Source: Microbotryum violaceum
Taxonomy: Eukaryota
Direction of reading: 5' to 3'
Assembly: GCA_001244265.2 (NCBI GenBank)
Contig: CDLV01000016.1
Span: forward strand, 868,001 to 932,000
Length of the DNA: 64,000 bases
The notes under the pieces were generated by a model. It worked only from the letters and a program-made list of their open reading frames with translations, did no database searches and was not told the DNA's origin. Both the position numbers and the translations under genes were made by a program. Shown in pieces: positions 1 through 13,635 of the stretch; the first letter of the stretch is position 1, and every line of letters starts with the position of its first letter.

Positions 1-3000
1 ACCCAACTCATGACCAGCAGCAACCCCGTCAACGACGACCAGTGGTTCAGTTCGAGGGACGCGGCCATATTTGACGACCCTTCGTAGGAAGTAGGTGATG
101 TGTGATGGGAATGGAAGATATGGCTCGCGGCAAGGTCGCTTGCTCTTCGAGTCAGCTCGTCCCATGCGATGAGGAGACCCATCGACGCCTCATCCAGATC
201 CTGAATGTAGAGCTTGAGGTGCCGCAACGTGTTGGACTTGGACGACAGGTCCCTCGCCTGTCCGAGCGGCTTGACGACCGAGCGAGAAGGGACGGCTGCG
301 CCATGAACAAGCAGGATCTGGCGCGCACATTCGAGGGCGAGTTCGCTGGTCTCATCCGAAGGCGACAGGGCCGAGACGAGCAGACTCGCCTCGAGCGCAT
401 TCCAAAATGCCTCCGACCACTTCCAAGTACCGCCCACCTTCTTCGAAAGGGGCTGCTTGATGATCTCGAGCATGACGCGCAGCAAAAGACAATGACACAT
501 TGTCGCGTCATCGGCTTCCAAGATACGATGCGCGATGATCTTGCCTAGTTCGGACCAGTCGACAGTGTCGTCCTCTGTTCCGGTTCGCTGCCCGAACGAT
601 GCGAAACACGCCAGAATCACCCCGAACGCAAGTCGATCGATCGTTTCGTCCAACAGATCGCGTGCGAGTTCTGCGACCGCGACGAGGGTGATTTCTGCAT
701 CGGCGATCAAGAGATGGGGCGCTTTACTCCACAGAACCAGCATCGAGCGAATCAACACTGGGGAAGCATCCTCTGCCACGGTCGAAGGGTCAGTGTAGAT
801 CGCTCCCGCGCTGCCTTGTCGTGCTCGTCGGATCGGCCTGGGGAGTCGAGTCGCGTAAGAGAACAGATTGCACAGCGATTTTGAAATTGTCGACAACGAC
901 TCGGTGGAACCGGGATCGCTGAACAGGATCAGCAAAGCGTTGACGGTGCCGAGTTGGTGAGCGAGCGCCGAGTCAGGTTCCATGAGACGACTGAACAATT
1001 TGACGAGGTCGCCCTCATCCATTGCCTGGACGTTGGCGATAGCCACGAGGCACCTCGTCAAAGTAGCTCTCTGGATCGGGGACTCGCTGATGGCCTGCAT
1101 CAAGCTGGTGATGAATACCTGGGCACAGTCACTCGCAAGGGTCGCGATCGAGCTTGATGGCTCGACGATCTGATGCGACGCCATCAACAGATCAACACAC
1201 GCATTCTGGGCATACTCGTTGCTGCCTCCTGTCGAATTCAATAACGCGGCCTTGATAGCGTCGAGGAACTGCTTCTTCTTGCTGTATCCGCCCGAAGGCT
1301 TGTCCGTTGCCGCAGCGTCCTCGTTACTTGTCAGCTGTTGCACGATGTCGGGACAGCAGAGCAAGAGCATCATCATCGTCGGCCACGAGCTGGTAGGTGT
1401 CGGGCTCATCCGTCGTGTTAGGTTCTGGCCTGTCGGCGTCATCGCCGATGCTGATGGCGCAGCGCTCGAAGATGGATCGGGGACGAGAATTGTCGATTGG
1501 GCCCAAAGCAGATCGAAGAGCATATCGCAACCACCTTCGAGTCTTCGACCGAGCTGGACCATCGCACGGTATTCTTCGGGGCGAGAAGTGATCCAGGACC
1601 ACACCGAGGACCGCAGAGCGAGGACTATAACGAGCTGAGCAGGCTTGCGCAGGTGAAGAAAGGCATTGAAGACGTCTGCGAGCGATGGAGTGAGACGTCA
1701 ATTTCGGCGTAACATTCAAGAAGAAAAACTCGACTCTGGGCTCACCTTGAAAGACAGCCGATAATCGACTTCGGCTCATGCAAAAGCTTTCCAACATCCT
1801 CAGATCATGGGCCTCGAACTCCATCGCGGTCCCATTCGACGAAGGCAGGTCATTGGGAGTTGCGCCGGGACCAGAGTGACTCGCCAGTCTTTGCCGGAGA
1901 AGATTCTGTAATAGAGGCCAGTTCGAAGCCGACAGAAAGTATACTACCAGAGCCGAGTAATGGTGAATGTCGGAGCGCAGGTCCTCGCGCGTTTCAGAGG
2001 ACGAGAAGGGCGAGTCGATTAAGTCCGCGACCTGGGATGACGACGTCGAGTTGAGGGATCGAAAGACGCGAGAGACGAGATCTGAAGTACACGAAGGCGA
2101 CGCCGACAACATAGAGATCGAGGAGGGAACAAATGCTCCCGTGGGAACGACAACGTTCAACAGGGACCGAGCCAGGGTTTCGTCGAGGGCTGGAGGATCG
2201 AGCACCGGTTCGGTGCTTATTGAAGACCTTTGAACATGCGACCACCAATGAGCGAGAACACAGCTTGTCGTGACCCTCAATAGCTCGCAATGCGACCTCA
2301 GCACATCGAGCGATGAGAGCAACGGAGCCGAGGCCGCCGACGACATATTTCGTGCCTACGAGTCAAACCAAACTTTTGATCAGCTTAGAAAAAGGCTTCT
2401 TTGATGAGCCCAACTTACGCCATCGCCTCTCCCACTCCCTGCTGGTCGTTCAAGCTCCCTTACTAGTCCTATCAGAACCTCTTGGATGGCACCTGGACTC
2501 TTGCACACACCCTCCAGTCCTTTCGTTGCCTCCCGGGTGACCCTTTGTCCGACGCTCGGATATCCCGACCCGGTCGGAGGTCGACTGGTCGAATGTGATG
2601 GGAGCTGTCAGGAGAGCAGTAGGTCGAGTCAGACGGCTAATCTTTGGAGAAAAGTTCTTTCTTCGGCAGGGGCTCTCCAAGATCTACGCCCCTATCCAGG
2701 CACTCTCCCGGACTTGTCGCGGAGCCGGCGCGGACCGGTGCGGGAGCACTGACCCCATCTTGGTCGAAGCTGGGAGCACTTCCCCGAGAGTACGGCCATC
2801 CCGTCCACCCCGATCACAGGCACTGACCTGACTTGTGATTTGCTGAATAAGCTTCTTGATGATCCTCGTCCTTGGTGGCTCCTTCGGTCCAGTCGCGTAC
2901 GGTGCTACGGGAGCAGTGGAAGTCGAGGTTGAGCGACGCGAGGTGAACTGGTGAGGAGGCCCATTCGCCGAGGTCGAGGTGTTTGTGGTCATCGTGGTTG

Positions 3001-3244
3001 TGGTCGTGACCAACACGGCAGCAGCTCCTACATTGCCCGTATGATCAGGTGTAGGTGAAGGTGAAAGTCGATAATGACTCGAAGTACGTTCGGGATAGTC
3101 CAGTGAGTTGTTAGGCTTCGAGTCGTGGTGCGATGAACTGCCAGTCGTGCACGTCGTCGTCGTCGCCGGTGGTGGTGGTGGTGGTGTTGGTGGGACGGAC
3201 GCGGTCGGAGCTCGACCACGCCGCAACAACCGCAGCTCGACCAT
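1..3244 (-). CDS. IRA2: Neurofibromin/Ira1-Ira2-like RasGAP, 5' portion (continues beyond window start)
   Basis: Spliced exons ~3244-2829, ~2605-2419, ~2355-1747 and 1676-1; the last is open to the window edge and absent from the ORF track. Motifs parallel the NF1 N-terminus: YFLSASNWP, HDLRMLE, FLHLRKPAQLVIVLALRSSVWSWI, WPTMMMLLLCCPDIV, KKKQFLDAIK, LEASLLVSALSP, AWDEL, WSSLTGLLL. Confidence 0.8.
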
Positions 3245-3750
3245 GTTACCGGCGCACTGCCTTCAACGAGAGGAATACATCAGCTTCCACTTGTGGCATT
3301 AAAGTTCCATTAAAGTTCCACAACGCACCACGAGCACGCACGCACGCACCTCGAGTAGCCTGCACGAGTGGAGAGCCACTAGACCTCTAAGACTGAGCCA
3401 CAACTGACACCCGAGACCGAGACGAGGGCCAAAAACATGAGCAAGCGCTAGCACGCGCTATTAGGGAGAGCTAGACTACGGTCGCGTCCTGTCGCGTCAG
3501 GCTTCAATTAGCCCTGCGGCTTAGTTGGGCAGCGCTTCGGCTCCAAGGGCGGGCTGCGCGCAAAACAGCCAAACAACTTGATATTTGACACTTTTATGTA
3601 GATGTGGCCTTCTACCTTGTCGTGTGCAGGTGTAAAACGGGTATTTGCAAAGATGATATGACCGCACACTGCCTCCTCCTAAGATTAATAAAGAACCTTC
3701 CAATCCATAAGCACTATCGCCGCACTACCACCGGTCAAAAACTGAGACCA

Positions 3751-5460
3751 TCAATGATCTTCTCGACTAGCGCGCGGATATCGTCGGCCCTCTTGGACGA
3801 GACATCCAACACCTGCAAGAAAAAATGCCGTATAAAAGTCAAGTCTTCTCTTTACGGGCGTTCCGAAGAAGGGTGCATCTTTGACCCACTTCTTGATGAC
3901 TAGCCACGACTTGCTCGATGATCTCGCGACCACCATCCGGCTCCTCGACGCTGGAAGCCGACGATGAGGCTTCAGCCTCGACTTCGGCTTCGGCGGATCG
4001 GTAGGCGTCGTTGACGACGATGTTGGTGACCAGGGAGAGAACGAGCACTCGGACACCTGCATGTCGAGCCGCAATGACTTCGGGGATTGTACTTTGGGAA
4101 CAAAGGATAGGTGCGTTAGTCGTGCTCGGGGCAAGTGTTGGCACGGCCAGGGTTTTCAGCTCACGACATGCCGACGACGTCTGCTCCAGCCGCTCTCAAG
4201 AACCTCTGCTCGGCTCGCGTTTCATAAGTCGGACCGGCGACCTGCCCAGTGAAACGACCTCGTCAGTCTTTGAAAAGCGCAGAACGCTAGATCTTCTCCG
4301 ACGCACCCAAGCATAAATGCCCTCCTTGAGTGTCCCCTTCTTGAATCCCAAAGTCTTGGCCGCTCTGAACGCCGTCTTGCGTAATTCAAAGTCGTAAGCA
4401 TCCGACATAGGCGGGAAGCGTGGACCCAACGCATCTCGATTACGACCTGTGGAGACATGGTCAACCCCAACACGCTTGCATCAGTACAAGGAGGAGGAGA
4501 GTCTTCCACTCAGGAAGACCCACCAATCAAGGGGTTCATCGAAGTCTGGCGTTGACGACAGAAGAAGCTCGTCAGTCGTCTGCATCCAGGCGGCACGAGG
4601 AAGAAACATCTGCACCACATACAAGGGATGGCAGAGAAATATGATCTTGCAATGCAATAATCGTCCCCACATCCATCTGCGGGTCCAGTCCGCCGGCGGC
4701 GTTGGTGATGATGGCCACTTGGATGCCGAGCAGCTTCATAATCTTCATCGGGTACTGGAAGAAGCGCAGACGGCCAGATGAGCAAACATGTCTCGAAAGG
4801 GACGTATTTGGGACTCGAGCGGACTAACGACGACCTGCTCGAGCATGAAGCCTTCGTACGCATGAAAGCTAAGGACCGGCGGTGAAATGGAGAATGGGCT
4901 CCGCACAAGATGATTCAACTCGGGAGTCACAGGCCACTGATACCGAAACAAAGGAGACGCAACTCACCGCCCCAATTGGCATACGACCGGTACCCTGTTG
5001 TTTCCTAGATATCCAAATGCGAGCGAAGACTGATGACCACGAACTACGAATCCAGGGCAATGAATGACGACACGTCGTCAGTGCTATATCGCCGCCATGT
5101 GGGGAAGCACTACTCGTCGGTCTCTTCCCTCCAAGATCACACTACGCTCTGGCGATCACAGTGCCAGTCGAACTCACCGGTACTTTCCCCAAATCCATGA
5201 ATATCGGCATAGTCCACCTCCACCCTATCCTGCAGCAACTCCGCCAAGCCTTGCAGGCCCGAGCCACACACGATCCCAACCTGAGGCGTACGTAATTCCT
5301 TAGGCAGACGCGAACGGATATCAATCAAGGCCTGGGTGTATTCGACGGTTAGATGGTCTAGTTCGACGGCATGGTTTGGAGATGGAAGTGGGTCGGCGAG
5401 ACGGGGGAGGGCATTGAGGTCCGCTGGTTGCGGTGGAGACGAGGGTGGTTTGGGGGACAT
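3751..5460 (-). CDS. PNP1: Purine nucleoside phosphorylase (multi-exon)
   Basis: Exons give VGIVCGSGL, VPVVCQLGR/FHAYEG, GPRFPPMSDAYD, STIPEVIAARHAG..SLVTN and ASHQEV, hallmark motifs of trimeric PNP; GT-AG introns. Confidence 0.93.
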
Positions 5461-6193
5461 GCTATCCCAGGGGGTATACACAAGCTTGCGCTGTGTTTAT
5501 GATATTCGATGGAGAGTGACGAAGAGCCGGTGTGGGATTTGAGATCAGATCCAGCGAATGGGGAGGACGGATGTCAATCGTGTCGATAAGGATCGGCAGA
5601 CTCTGGCGCGCTTGGCGCCCACAGGCGCACTGCGTACCACGTAGATTCGAGGCCAGCCGCCGATCGTGTGCCTGAGGTCGCGCCGTTGATAAAATCGAAC
5701 CGAGCCTTTCTGCAAGCAAGACGATCGGGTTATTTCCATTCGCCCCAGGGGTTCACCCTTGACAGCATATACCTACAGCACCGGAATAGAGTGCCGTCGG
5801 GAACAACATGTGGCTTTGCATTCATCCCAGGATTCTTTCCGGGAAGGGGTGTGGGAAGGTCCGATCACTATTGCGCATTGAAATCAAGGCACACGGTAAT
5901 TGGCCTATGACATCACCCGCTGCCGGGCGCACGTCCCGAGTCCTGCCTTGGTTTGGCTGGCAATTTTGCGACATCTCACTGTGTTGGGCCGCTCATCTTT
6001 GTACCATTACGTCGTACCTCACCTATCCCGCCACCCAGCCACCCAGCCACCCAGCACCCAGCACTGCTGTTCACGACCAGATTATCACCCACGGTCGTGT
6101 AGCCTTGCTTCTCTTATTTCGGCCCCTTTGAACGACGAGGGCGAACGACAACGAGTGACGCTGTGCCTCTGTGGCCCTGGACCCACGGTCGCG

Positions 6194-9100
6194 ATGAGCA
6201 CGGCGCAGAGCATCCGACCCGCGGCGATTTCGGGCGACGTCGTCTTTATCCACGACGAGCGGCGCACGACCAACAAGTCGTGCTTTTTGTGCCGCGAACG
6301 CCGCGTGAGGTGCGACCGTACATGGCCGGCATGCAAGAGATGCTCGAACCGGCGAGAGGACTGTCACTATGGGCCTGGCGTATCCGTGTAAGTCCCGGTT
6401 TCGTGCACCGGAATCATGCACGTTTAGATCAGCGCGCGCGCGCCTGCCGCGGCGGAGTCATTTCGTCCTGCAGCTTGGGAACTGATCCGATCACCTTGTA
6501 TATGCGCATACAGTGAGACCAAGACCGATCCTGGTGAATCTGTACGCGTTGCAGAACTCGAGGCCAAACTAGGTACGTACCTCTCACTGCTCGTTACGAT
6601 CTCCTCGTCCCTCAACGAATGGGGAATCGCCCGACGCGCCCGAATCACGACGCCCATGTCCGCGCCGAGTGAGCGCAGTCGGAAGTGTTTCGATCCGAAT
6701 CGCGAGCCTCGTGGGCCAATTGGTCTTCTGCGCACGTGGAAGTGGACGTGCCTTTTTGCGGAAGTACAGTTTTGAACGACAGATGCGTCAACAGATCATG
6801 TATCTTTCACGATGTGAAACTGAGCCTGCTTTGCTCGTCCCTGGCCGGCGGGCAATTCGACACGGTAAAAAAAGGTAAAAAAAATCGGCCAGCTGACATC
6901 AAATTCCTCGCTCTCGCCTCTTTCCCCTTCGCTCTCGGCGATCAATCGTCGACTTCGGTTCGACCCCTCTGTGAAACCAACTCGCACTCACTCAGCTGCT
7001 GTACAAGCCCAGCTATATGCAACGCAAAAGGGAGCCAGCTCATACACAGGTCCAGGTCACCTGCAAGGCACACCGTCATCGGTTAGCTCCTTGAATAATG
7101 GCCCAGGAGGCCAACGCCATTTGGGCCTATTCGGCACCCGAAGCTTTAGCGGAAGCGTGAGCGGGAGTGGAAGCGGCGTCGGTAGCTATTCGGGCAACGC
7201 ACCCTCGAGTTCAAGCGGGAGATCTGGATCCGACACTGGAGCTGCCTACGCCAACCTGAATCAACCCATTCCCATGGGCCATCCGGAGGAGCTCCCGTCG
7301 ACGATCCTTCAAACGATCCTTCCGCAGGCTTCGACGCAAGATAAGGAGGTCCTGATGAGCTTTCTGTTTGGGCAAAATAGGTTGGGCACGGCGAGCCTCG
7401 ACTCGAGGTTGGCGGCCCCTCAGCTTGCGCAGAGCTTGACATTGCACCTTTTAGACGGTGAGCATGCTCTTCTTGCCAACTGGCAGTCCACGGCAGGGTA
7501 TCGCCAGTGTAGCGGCAAATCGAAGTCGAACTAGGCTGACCTAAGCGAATCTTGCCTCCTCGTAGCAAGCCAATACTGTTGCTGTTCCAAGCTTTCGTCA
7601 TTCAGGGCCTTGACGGACAAATTGCCATACCTCAAAGCAAACCTTTCTTCCCTTTCGCCGGTGAACCAGGCTGCCGTTGCCATCCTCTGCGCGATCGGCG
7701 CCAGAGGGTCCCCGCATTCTGTGAGTTAGCAGCGCAGGTGGAAGCTGCAGTTGACTCGACGGATCTGGGCTGACCTTGACTGAACGTCCCAGGCCCTCCT
7801 TGGCATCGACATCCCGGGTCTGGCGAATGGGACAGCACCGCCATCGGTTTACCTGACTGTCGGTGCGAGACGAGAAAACGCTTGCCGCGCGCTGGCCGAT
7901 CGAGCGATTGACCTGTGTTGGTATGGCCGTTTGATTAAGGAGGGCAGCAGGGAGAATCTGGAGGTGCTGGTCGGCTTGAGTGCGCTTTTGATTTGTAAGT
8001 GACCGTCTACACTGGTTCTGGAACTTGGATGGCCGTATGAGCTCAGCCACCCGTCTTCGCTGAATATCTATCTCAGTGGACGAGGTGCAACCACGCAAGA
8101 GCCGCTTCATTCTACGCAATGCCACCGGCATGTTCGAAGACCTTCAACGAAGCGACAACCTCGATCAGCGGGAAACGCTTGACATGCGGCAGACTCTCGC
8201 CTCAGCCCTCTTCGTAAGTGTGCTTTTCCCGGGACCGATCAGGTGAATTTCGGGCCTGACGCCGACATTGTTCGCCTCCTTCCTCTGCAAAAGCGCGACG
8301 ACGCCGTGCATGCTGCGCAGCTCAACCAGCCACCGCTGATCAGTTCGTTTGAGCTCGAAGAGTATTTCACGTGCACGGACCAGCGGATGCCCGACTTTGG
8401 CGGCCCTCAACTATCGGCAATCCTTGAACAACAACTGCGTACGCCCGATGGAGAGCCACTGTCGCTCGAAGCATTGGAGAGGGCAGTCAACACGGTCTCA
8501 GTCTGGGTCTGCTTCTGTCAGCGGACGTTTGCTCGTATCACGACTGGTCGGTGGTGTCCGTCTATTATCTCAGCCTTTCATTCTGTTGCAAGCACTGTTT
8601 GAGCTCGACTGACGCGCTCTCGTTCTCCTTGATTGCACAGTCCGCCGACCTAGGGCACCTTCAGCTTTGGGAGATCTTGCGACGCTGTGGCGAAAGATCG
8701 ACACAGTCCACTCCTCGGTGCAACGCCTGCAACAATTCATCGTCGTCTTAACCGAGCCCCCGCCCGGCTCAGAGGGAGATCCCTATGTGCTAGACCACTA
8801 CGTCCTTCTCGCCGTGCGGGCCGATACGAGGCTGATTGACCTCGTTAACCTCATGCATAAATTCCTGATGCGTCCCGATCTGCTGGATGGATGGGGTGGA
8901 CCGCCTGGGGCAAACCCTGTCGAGATCATCCAACGCATGCGCATCGAGTCGGTAATGCGGGTGCGCAAGGTGCTCAAGTTGTCTGCGTGAGTGTTTGCAG
9001 CAAATTATTGCATTATGAGACCGAGTTGCCTTAGTTCCGCCGACCCATCCCGGCTTTCATCTTGATCAGGTTCTACGCACAACTCTACCTCCAGAGCCAG

Positions 9101-10214
9101 GACAAACACGTTGTCCACCATCTCTTCACACAGCTCGAATTGCTGCCTTCCTGGACGCTCCTCGCATTGCAACGAGTCGGCTCACCCGGTGGACCGACCT
9201 CAGAAGAGTTCGAGGTGACGCCAGAGGAGCTCGAATGGTTCGCGATGGGGCTCCGACTGGCCGTCTACTACACCCCGCGCGCGGCGGTCCGCCTCCACGA
9301 GCTCACGACGGGCCGACATCGCAAGTCGTCGGCTGTTTCAAGCACTGGCAGTTCGGCCACGCCTGCGTTAGACCACTCGCCCAACTCGGAGCTTGTGTCA
9401 CCCTTCGATTCGTACCCGAACGTCTCGAACAACAATGCGCAATATGCTCCCAACTTGCAAAACGGCGGCGCCGCGCTGGGGTCAATTCCTCCGTTTCCAA
9501 TCCTGCCGCAAGCGGATGAGGAACCATCGCAACTGCAGTTCAGCCTCGACGACCTGCAGCATTTCGACATTGCACCTCCACCGGATTTGCTCCATCTTGA
9601 GCAGCAGCAGTACATTCAGCAGCCCCAGCAGCAGCAACAACAGCAGCACCAGCAGCACCAGCAGCACCAGCGTCGACACTCGCAACAAGAACCCCAGAGA
9701 ATGCAGACATCGAGGCCGAGTCCCTCCTCCTACTTTGGCACTGCCGCTACGATGGCCTCTGCCCAATCTGGAGCGCCATTCACCTCCCAAGAGCCTCAGC
9801 AAGCGCCCCCGGCACCGCACCACGCCCAGCAGCACGGTTTTGCGTGCGAACCATTCCCCTTCGCCAGCCTCCGGGTACCCGCCGACGACGTCGCATTACC
9901 CGGGCCATCCTTCGTACCAGATCGCGAACACGCACGCGGGCGCAGGCAATGGTGATGGAAGCTCGAACCCGAGCGGCATGCGTGTAGACTTGCCTCCGTC
10001 GCCTTTCGTCTTTGACGCATATGGCTACCCCAAGAAGTCGCCTGGGCTGGCGGCCGACACCCCTATCGCCGGTAGCCCCGGTGCGCAGAATGCCTTCAAA
10101 GGGCAGAGTTGGATGGACGCCGCGTTCACAAGGCATTTTGAGGAGTTGGAGATGCCGAGTCGCGCCGGCAATGGCGGGAACGGACGGAATGGTGGCCGGC
10201 CCAGCCAGGGGTGA
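6194..10214 (+). CDS. Zn(II)2Cys6 fungal transcription factor; C-terminus appears frameshifted at 9841-9848
   Basis: CFLCRERRVRCDRTWPACKRCSNRREDC zinc cluster, a coiled-coil exon (RVAELEAKL), multiple introns and a Gln-rich C-terminal region. Confidence 0.85.
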
Positions 10215-10557
10215 AGCATGCTGAGTCGGTCTATGACCAACTGGACGGGCCTCCTCAGACTTTAAATAGAAATTGTCAAGCCTGAGATAGAAGAACCGCT
10301 TGCTACCCATATTATATTTCTCCTCTATCTTTCTAGTGTTGTAGGAAAACGTATCGTAGTAGAACGCCCTTTCGCAGTGGAACCCTTCACCGTCTGGTGC
10401 GCTAAATCATCAATGTCAACCGATTTGCATGTTCCAGCCAAGCTGGTCGGATGCAGAGTCTTAAATGCGTAAAATATGAACCTCTATGTACGCAAACGAA
10501 TGTGCGGTCTCCCCCAGGACAAATGCACCAATAATGGACGGATCAAAGCACGATGCC

Positions 10558-11868
10558 TCACGCTCGCGTTTCTGCATCTGGGTTCGCTACCACCATCCTC
10601 AGTTTCTGATGACCGGGGGACGAGTCTCGATTGTCAGACTCGCCGTCCGACTCGAGCGGCGGTGCCCATGAGGTGGGCCGCCGCCCTCCCATAACCGGCT
10701 GGCTGAGATAATCGTTCGACGATCCGAACCATTGCGAGGGGTTGGGCCTGTGGGGCGATTGATCACCGAGTTCACCGTGTTCACCGACGCTGGTCGAGTA
10801 GCTCGAGTCCGAGGGTGGCCACGTTTTCCCGGTGACGAGTCCAGATACGGGTGGCAGATCTGACTTCGAAACATGGGCTCCGGCCGTCTCTAAACGACCA
10901 CGCTCCCCGAGCGACAACGTCACAGGCCGATAGTCACCGAATGGGCGCGCACTCGACCAACGGTCCTGCTGAGACCCCCCCGGTTCCATCGGAGCGAACG
11001 GTCTGTTGTACCCAGCCGCTGCATCGTTGGCCACCGTTGCCTCAAGATGTTCGGCAACTGTCGGGCCTGAAAACTCGGCCCGTCGCTCCCAACCAGAATC
11101 AGGGTCGTTGGCGGGCCATTCCCTGCGTTGCTCCCACGTGTCACTCGGCATCTGGACCATCGGAGGCTGCGAATCGTAGTAGCTCAAGCTGTGATCCGCC
11201 GGCGTCGTTGCTGCAAAGAATGTGCGAGCGGTGACGTTCATCCCCGCATCGGGCTGATGTCCATCCCAGTCGATCCCAACTGCGTTCTTCCTGGCTTTGA
11301 GACGTTGTGCTCTCCGCTTGAAGAAGAGTCCACCCGCGAGCAGCAGAATCACCAAGCCCTGGGGAAAAAGAGTAGGTCAGCTTCGAAAGACACCACCAGT
11401 TCAGGGACCGAATCAGCAGTCTAAAACCTACCCCACACGTAGCACCAACAATGGCTCCGACATGAGAATGCTTCTTGGTCGAGTTGATAGATGCCCCGCC
11501 TGTCGACGAATTAGACTTCCCAGCGTGCGAAGACTTGCCTCCGGTACTGGTGGAGCCTGCGGACGTATTGGTGGGGGCTGCGAACACATCCACCAAACCA
11601 TTAGCATATAGGAAATTGATCCTCCAAGCTATAGCTCGGACTTGCCCTACAAAGCCGATATCACTCACCTTTTGTCTGTGAATTAGGCGGCGGGGACGGT
11701 TTTGATGTATTCGGAGGTGGAATCACGGGCTGATATGTGCCAGTCCCATTGTTTGTCGTCCCGCTGCTTGTCTGTGTCCCGTTGTTATTCGTCGTCCCAT
11801 TTTTGAGTGGATTATTGGTGCCGATGTTAGTGGTAGTGTTGTGCGTTGCGCTTGGCAAGTTGCTCGGT

Positions 11869-11907
<39 letters not shown>

Positions 11908-12999
11908 GGCGGCGGCGGTGGTGGCGGCGGCGGTGGTGGCGGCGGCAAGATTGGCGGGCTTGGTGTGCCACTTCCGCCGCCCAAGTAAACCGCGTACGGT
12001 GTGCCAAATCTCTCTGAACAGAATGCATCGAGGTTGTTCCAGGAGGTCGCTTGGTCAGAGGAGCTGCAGCCTATTGAGCAGAACGTCCGGTCGAACCCTG
12101 GTCGTCAGCATCATCAATCGGCCCGAGACACGCCGAAGCCGGGTGTCATTGCGACGCGCGATGGAGCTACCCACTTCTTTGAACACAGGCCGGGAGGGTG
12201 AGGGTCGCATTGACACACATGCAATGATGACTTGCGAGCAGGCACTGCGAGTGAAGTCAAGGGCCATCCACGGTCAGCAGTCAGCAGTCAGCAGCAGAGG
12301 TGAACACCACTCTGAGCTAGTGGTGAAGACGTCGCCTTCTTGAGTGGTGGAAGCCCTAGCGCGGTTGACACGCATTAACGCACTGTGGTGTTCAACTGGA
12401 CGCAACTAATACCACATGTTGGAAGTACTGCATCACTGGCCACAAGCTGAATGATGGACCCGGACAGCTGCAAGAGAAGTGCACCAACTGATACTCGCTT
12501 CTGGAGGAGCATCGCGCGGGTACTGGTACTCGTCGACTCCTTCCGCGGTACCGAAGGTGCGAGACGAGATGATGTGCGTCTGGGAAGGAGGTGCTGCGAA
12601 GTTGGATCGGTTAACTTCCGAAACCCCGAGCTCGGTCATGCTCAAGCCGTGTGAGCCCATCCCGCCTGAAGCTGAACCCCACGGTCTCAGTCCCACTAGC
12701 GGCTCAGGAGCTAGGTTTCGCGCAGGCTCTCCTATCTGCGCTTTGGTGCTCGAAGCCACTTCGCCCGGTAAAAGAGACTTATAAAAACGGTCAGAATTTT
12801 GAAAGGAACCAAAAAGGTCCTTGTCGCTCGCGTTTCCGCTGCGATCACGGATATGGGCCGGTGGCGCCTGAATGTGGCCACTTTCATCGGGCGACAAGCG
12901 CGGACGAACGGTGCGATGTATCAGGCGCAGACCCGACCATTCTGAGTGAAATCGCGGCGTGGACGATCCCAGTGAGACACCTTCACCTAGTAGCGACAT
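10558..12999 (-). CDS. CFEM-domain, poly-proline, single-pass cell-surface protein (5' end uncertain)
   Basis: Spliced exons give LPTCGISCVQLNTT-CLLASHHCMCVNATLTLPACVQR-SCSSSDQATSWNNLDAFC (8 Cys, CFEM spacing), a 27-Pro run, a Thr/Asn/Ser stalk, a TM (GAIVGATCG..LVILLLAGGLFF-KRR) and a tail ending MVVANPDAETRA. Confidence 0.7.
11865..11945 (-). repeat. (CCG/CCA)27 coding repeat encoding poly-proline
   Basis: Uninterrupted GGC/GGT run on the + strand. Confidence 0.95.
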
Positions 13000-13635
13000 A
13001 TTAAGAATCTCTCCAAAATCTCCAAACGAAGCACGTGCAATACTAGGAGGTCTTGCTGCGATGCACTGTCGTGCTGCCTTGTGACGTCTTCCCTGCTTGA
13101 TCGCTGCGGAGCTTCGGCTTGCGGTGTGAATCAACCCGGGGCCTTCAAAGCTAAGCTCTGTGACAGTTTCGACGAAGCGTGAGTCTGAGAAAATCATCGT
13201 AAACGCAGGGATTTGTGGCGATGTTGTTCTTTCACTTGCTGACGCGGTATTGTGCGCGGGCAAGATAAGAAGATAACGCCGGGCAAGCATTCTCGATGCA
13301 GATGAGGTCCGCGATCACCCTACCCGTAGTTTGGTATCTCATCGGCTTCAAAAAACCTCGAGGAGACTATTCGAGCGCCTTCCTCAGCATTTGCTGGGCG
13401 ACGAACCGCCGCGCCGCCGGCCGTCCGCAGACGCGGTCCCTGCACGTCCCTCGGATGTCGGCTTCGAGTGCTCGCGCCGTCGTTCTCGGACTCACCCTCT
13501 CGATTACTCTCCGCTTCGTCCCTCATCACGATCACGATCACGATCCTCGCTCACCTATTATTTTACCTCGTCACCAACCGGTTCATCCGTTATCCCCAAC
13601 GAGACAAGCTAGGACCCCTGGTGTGAGCAATTCCA

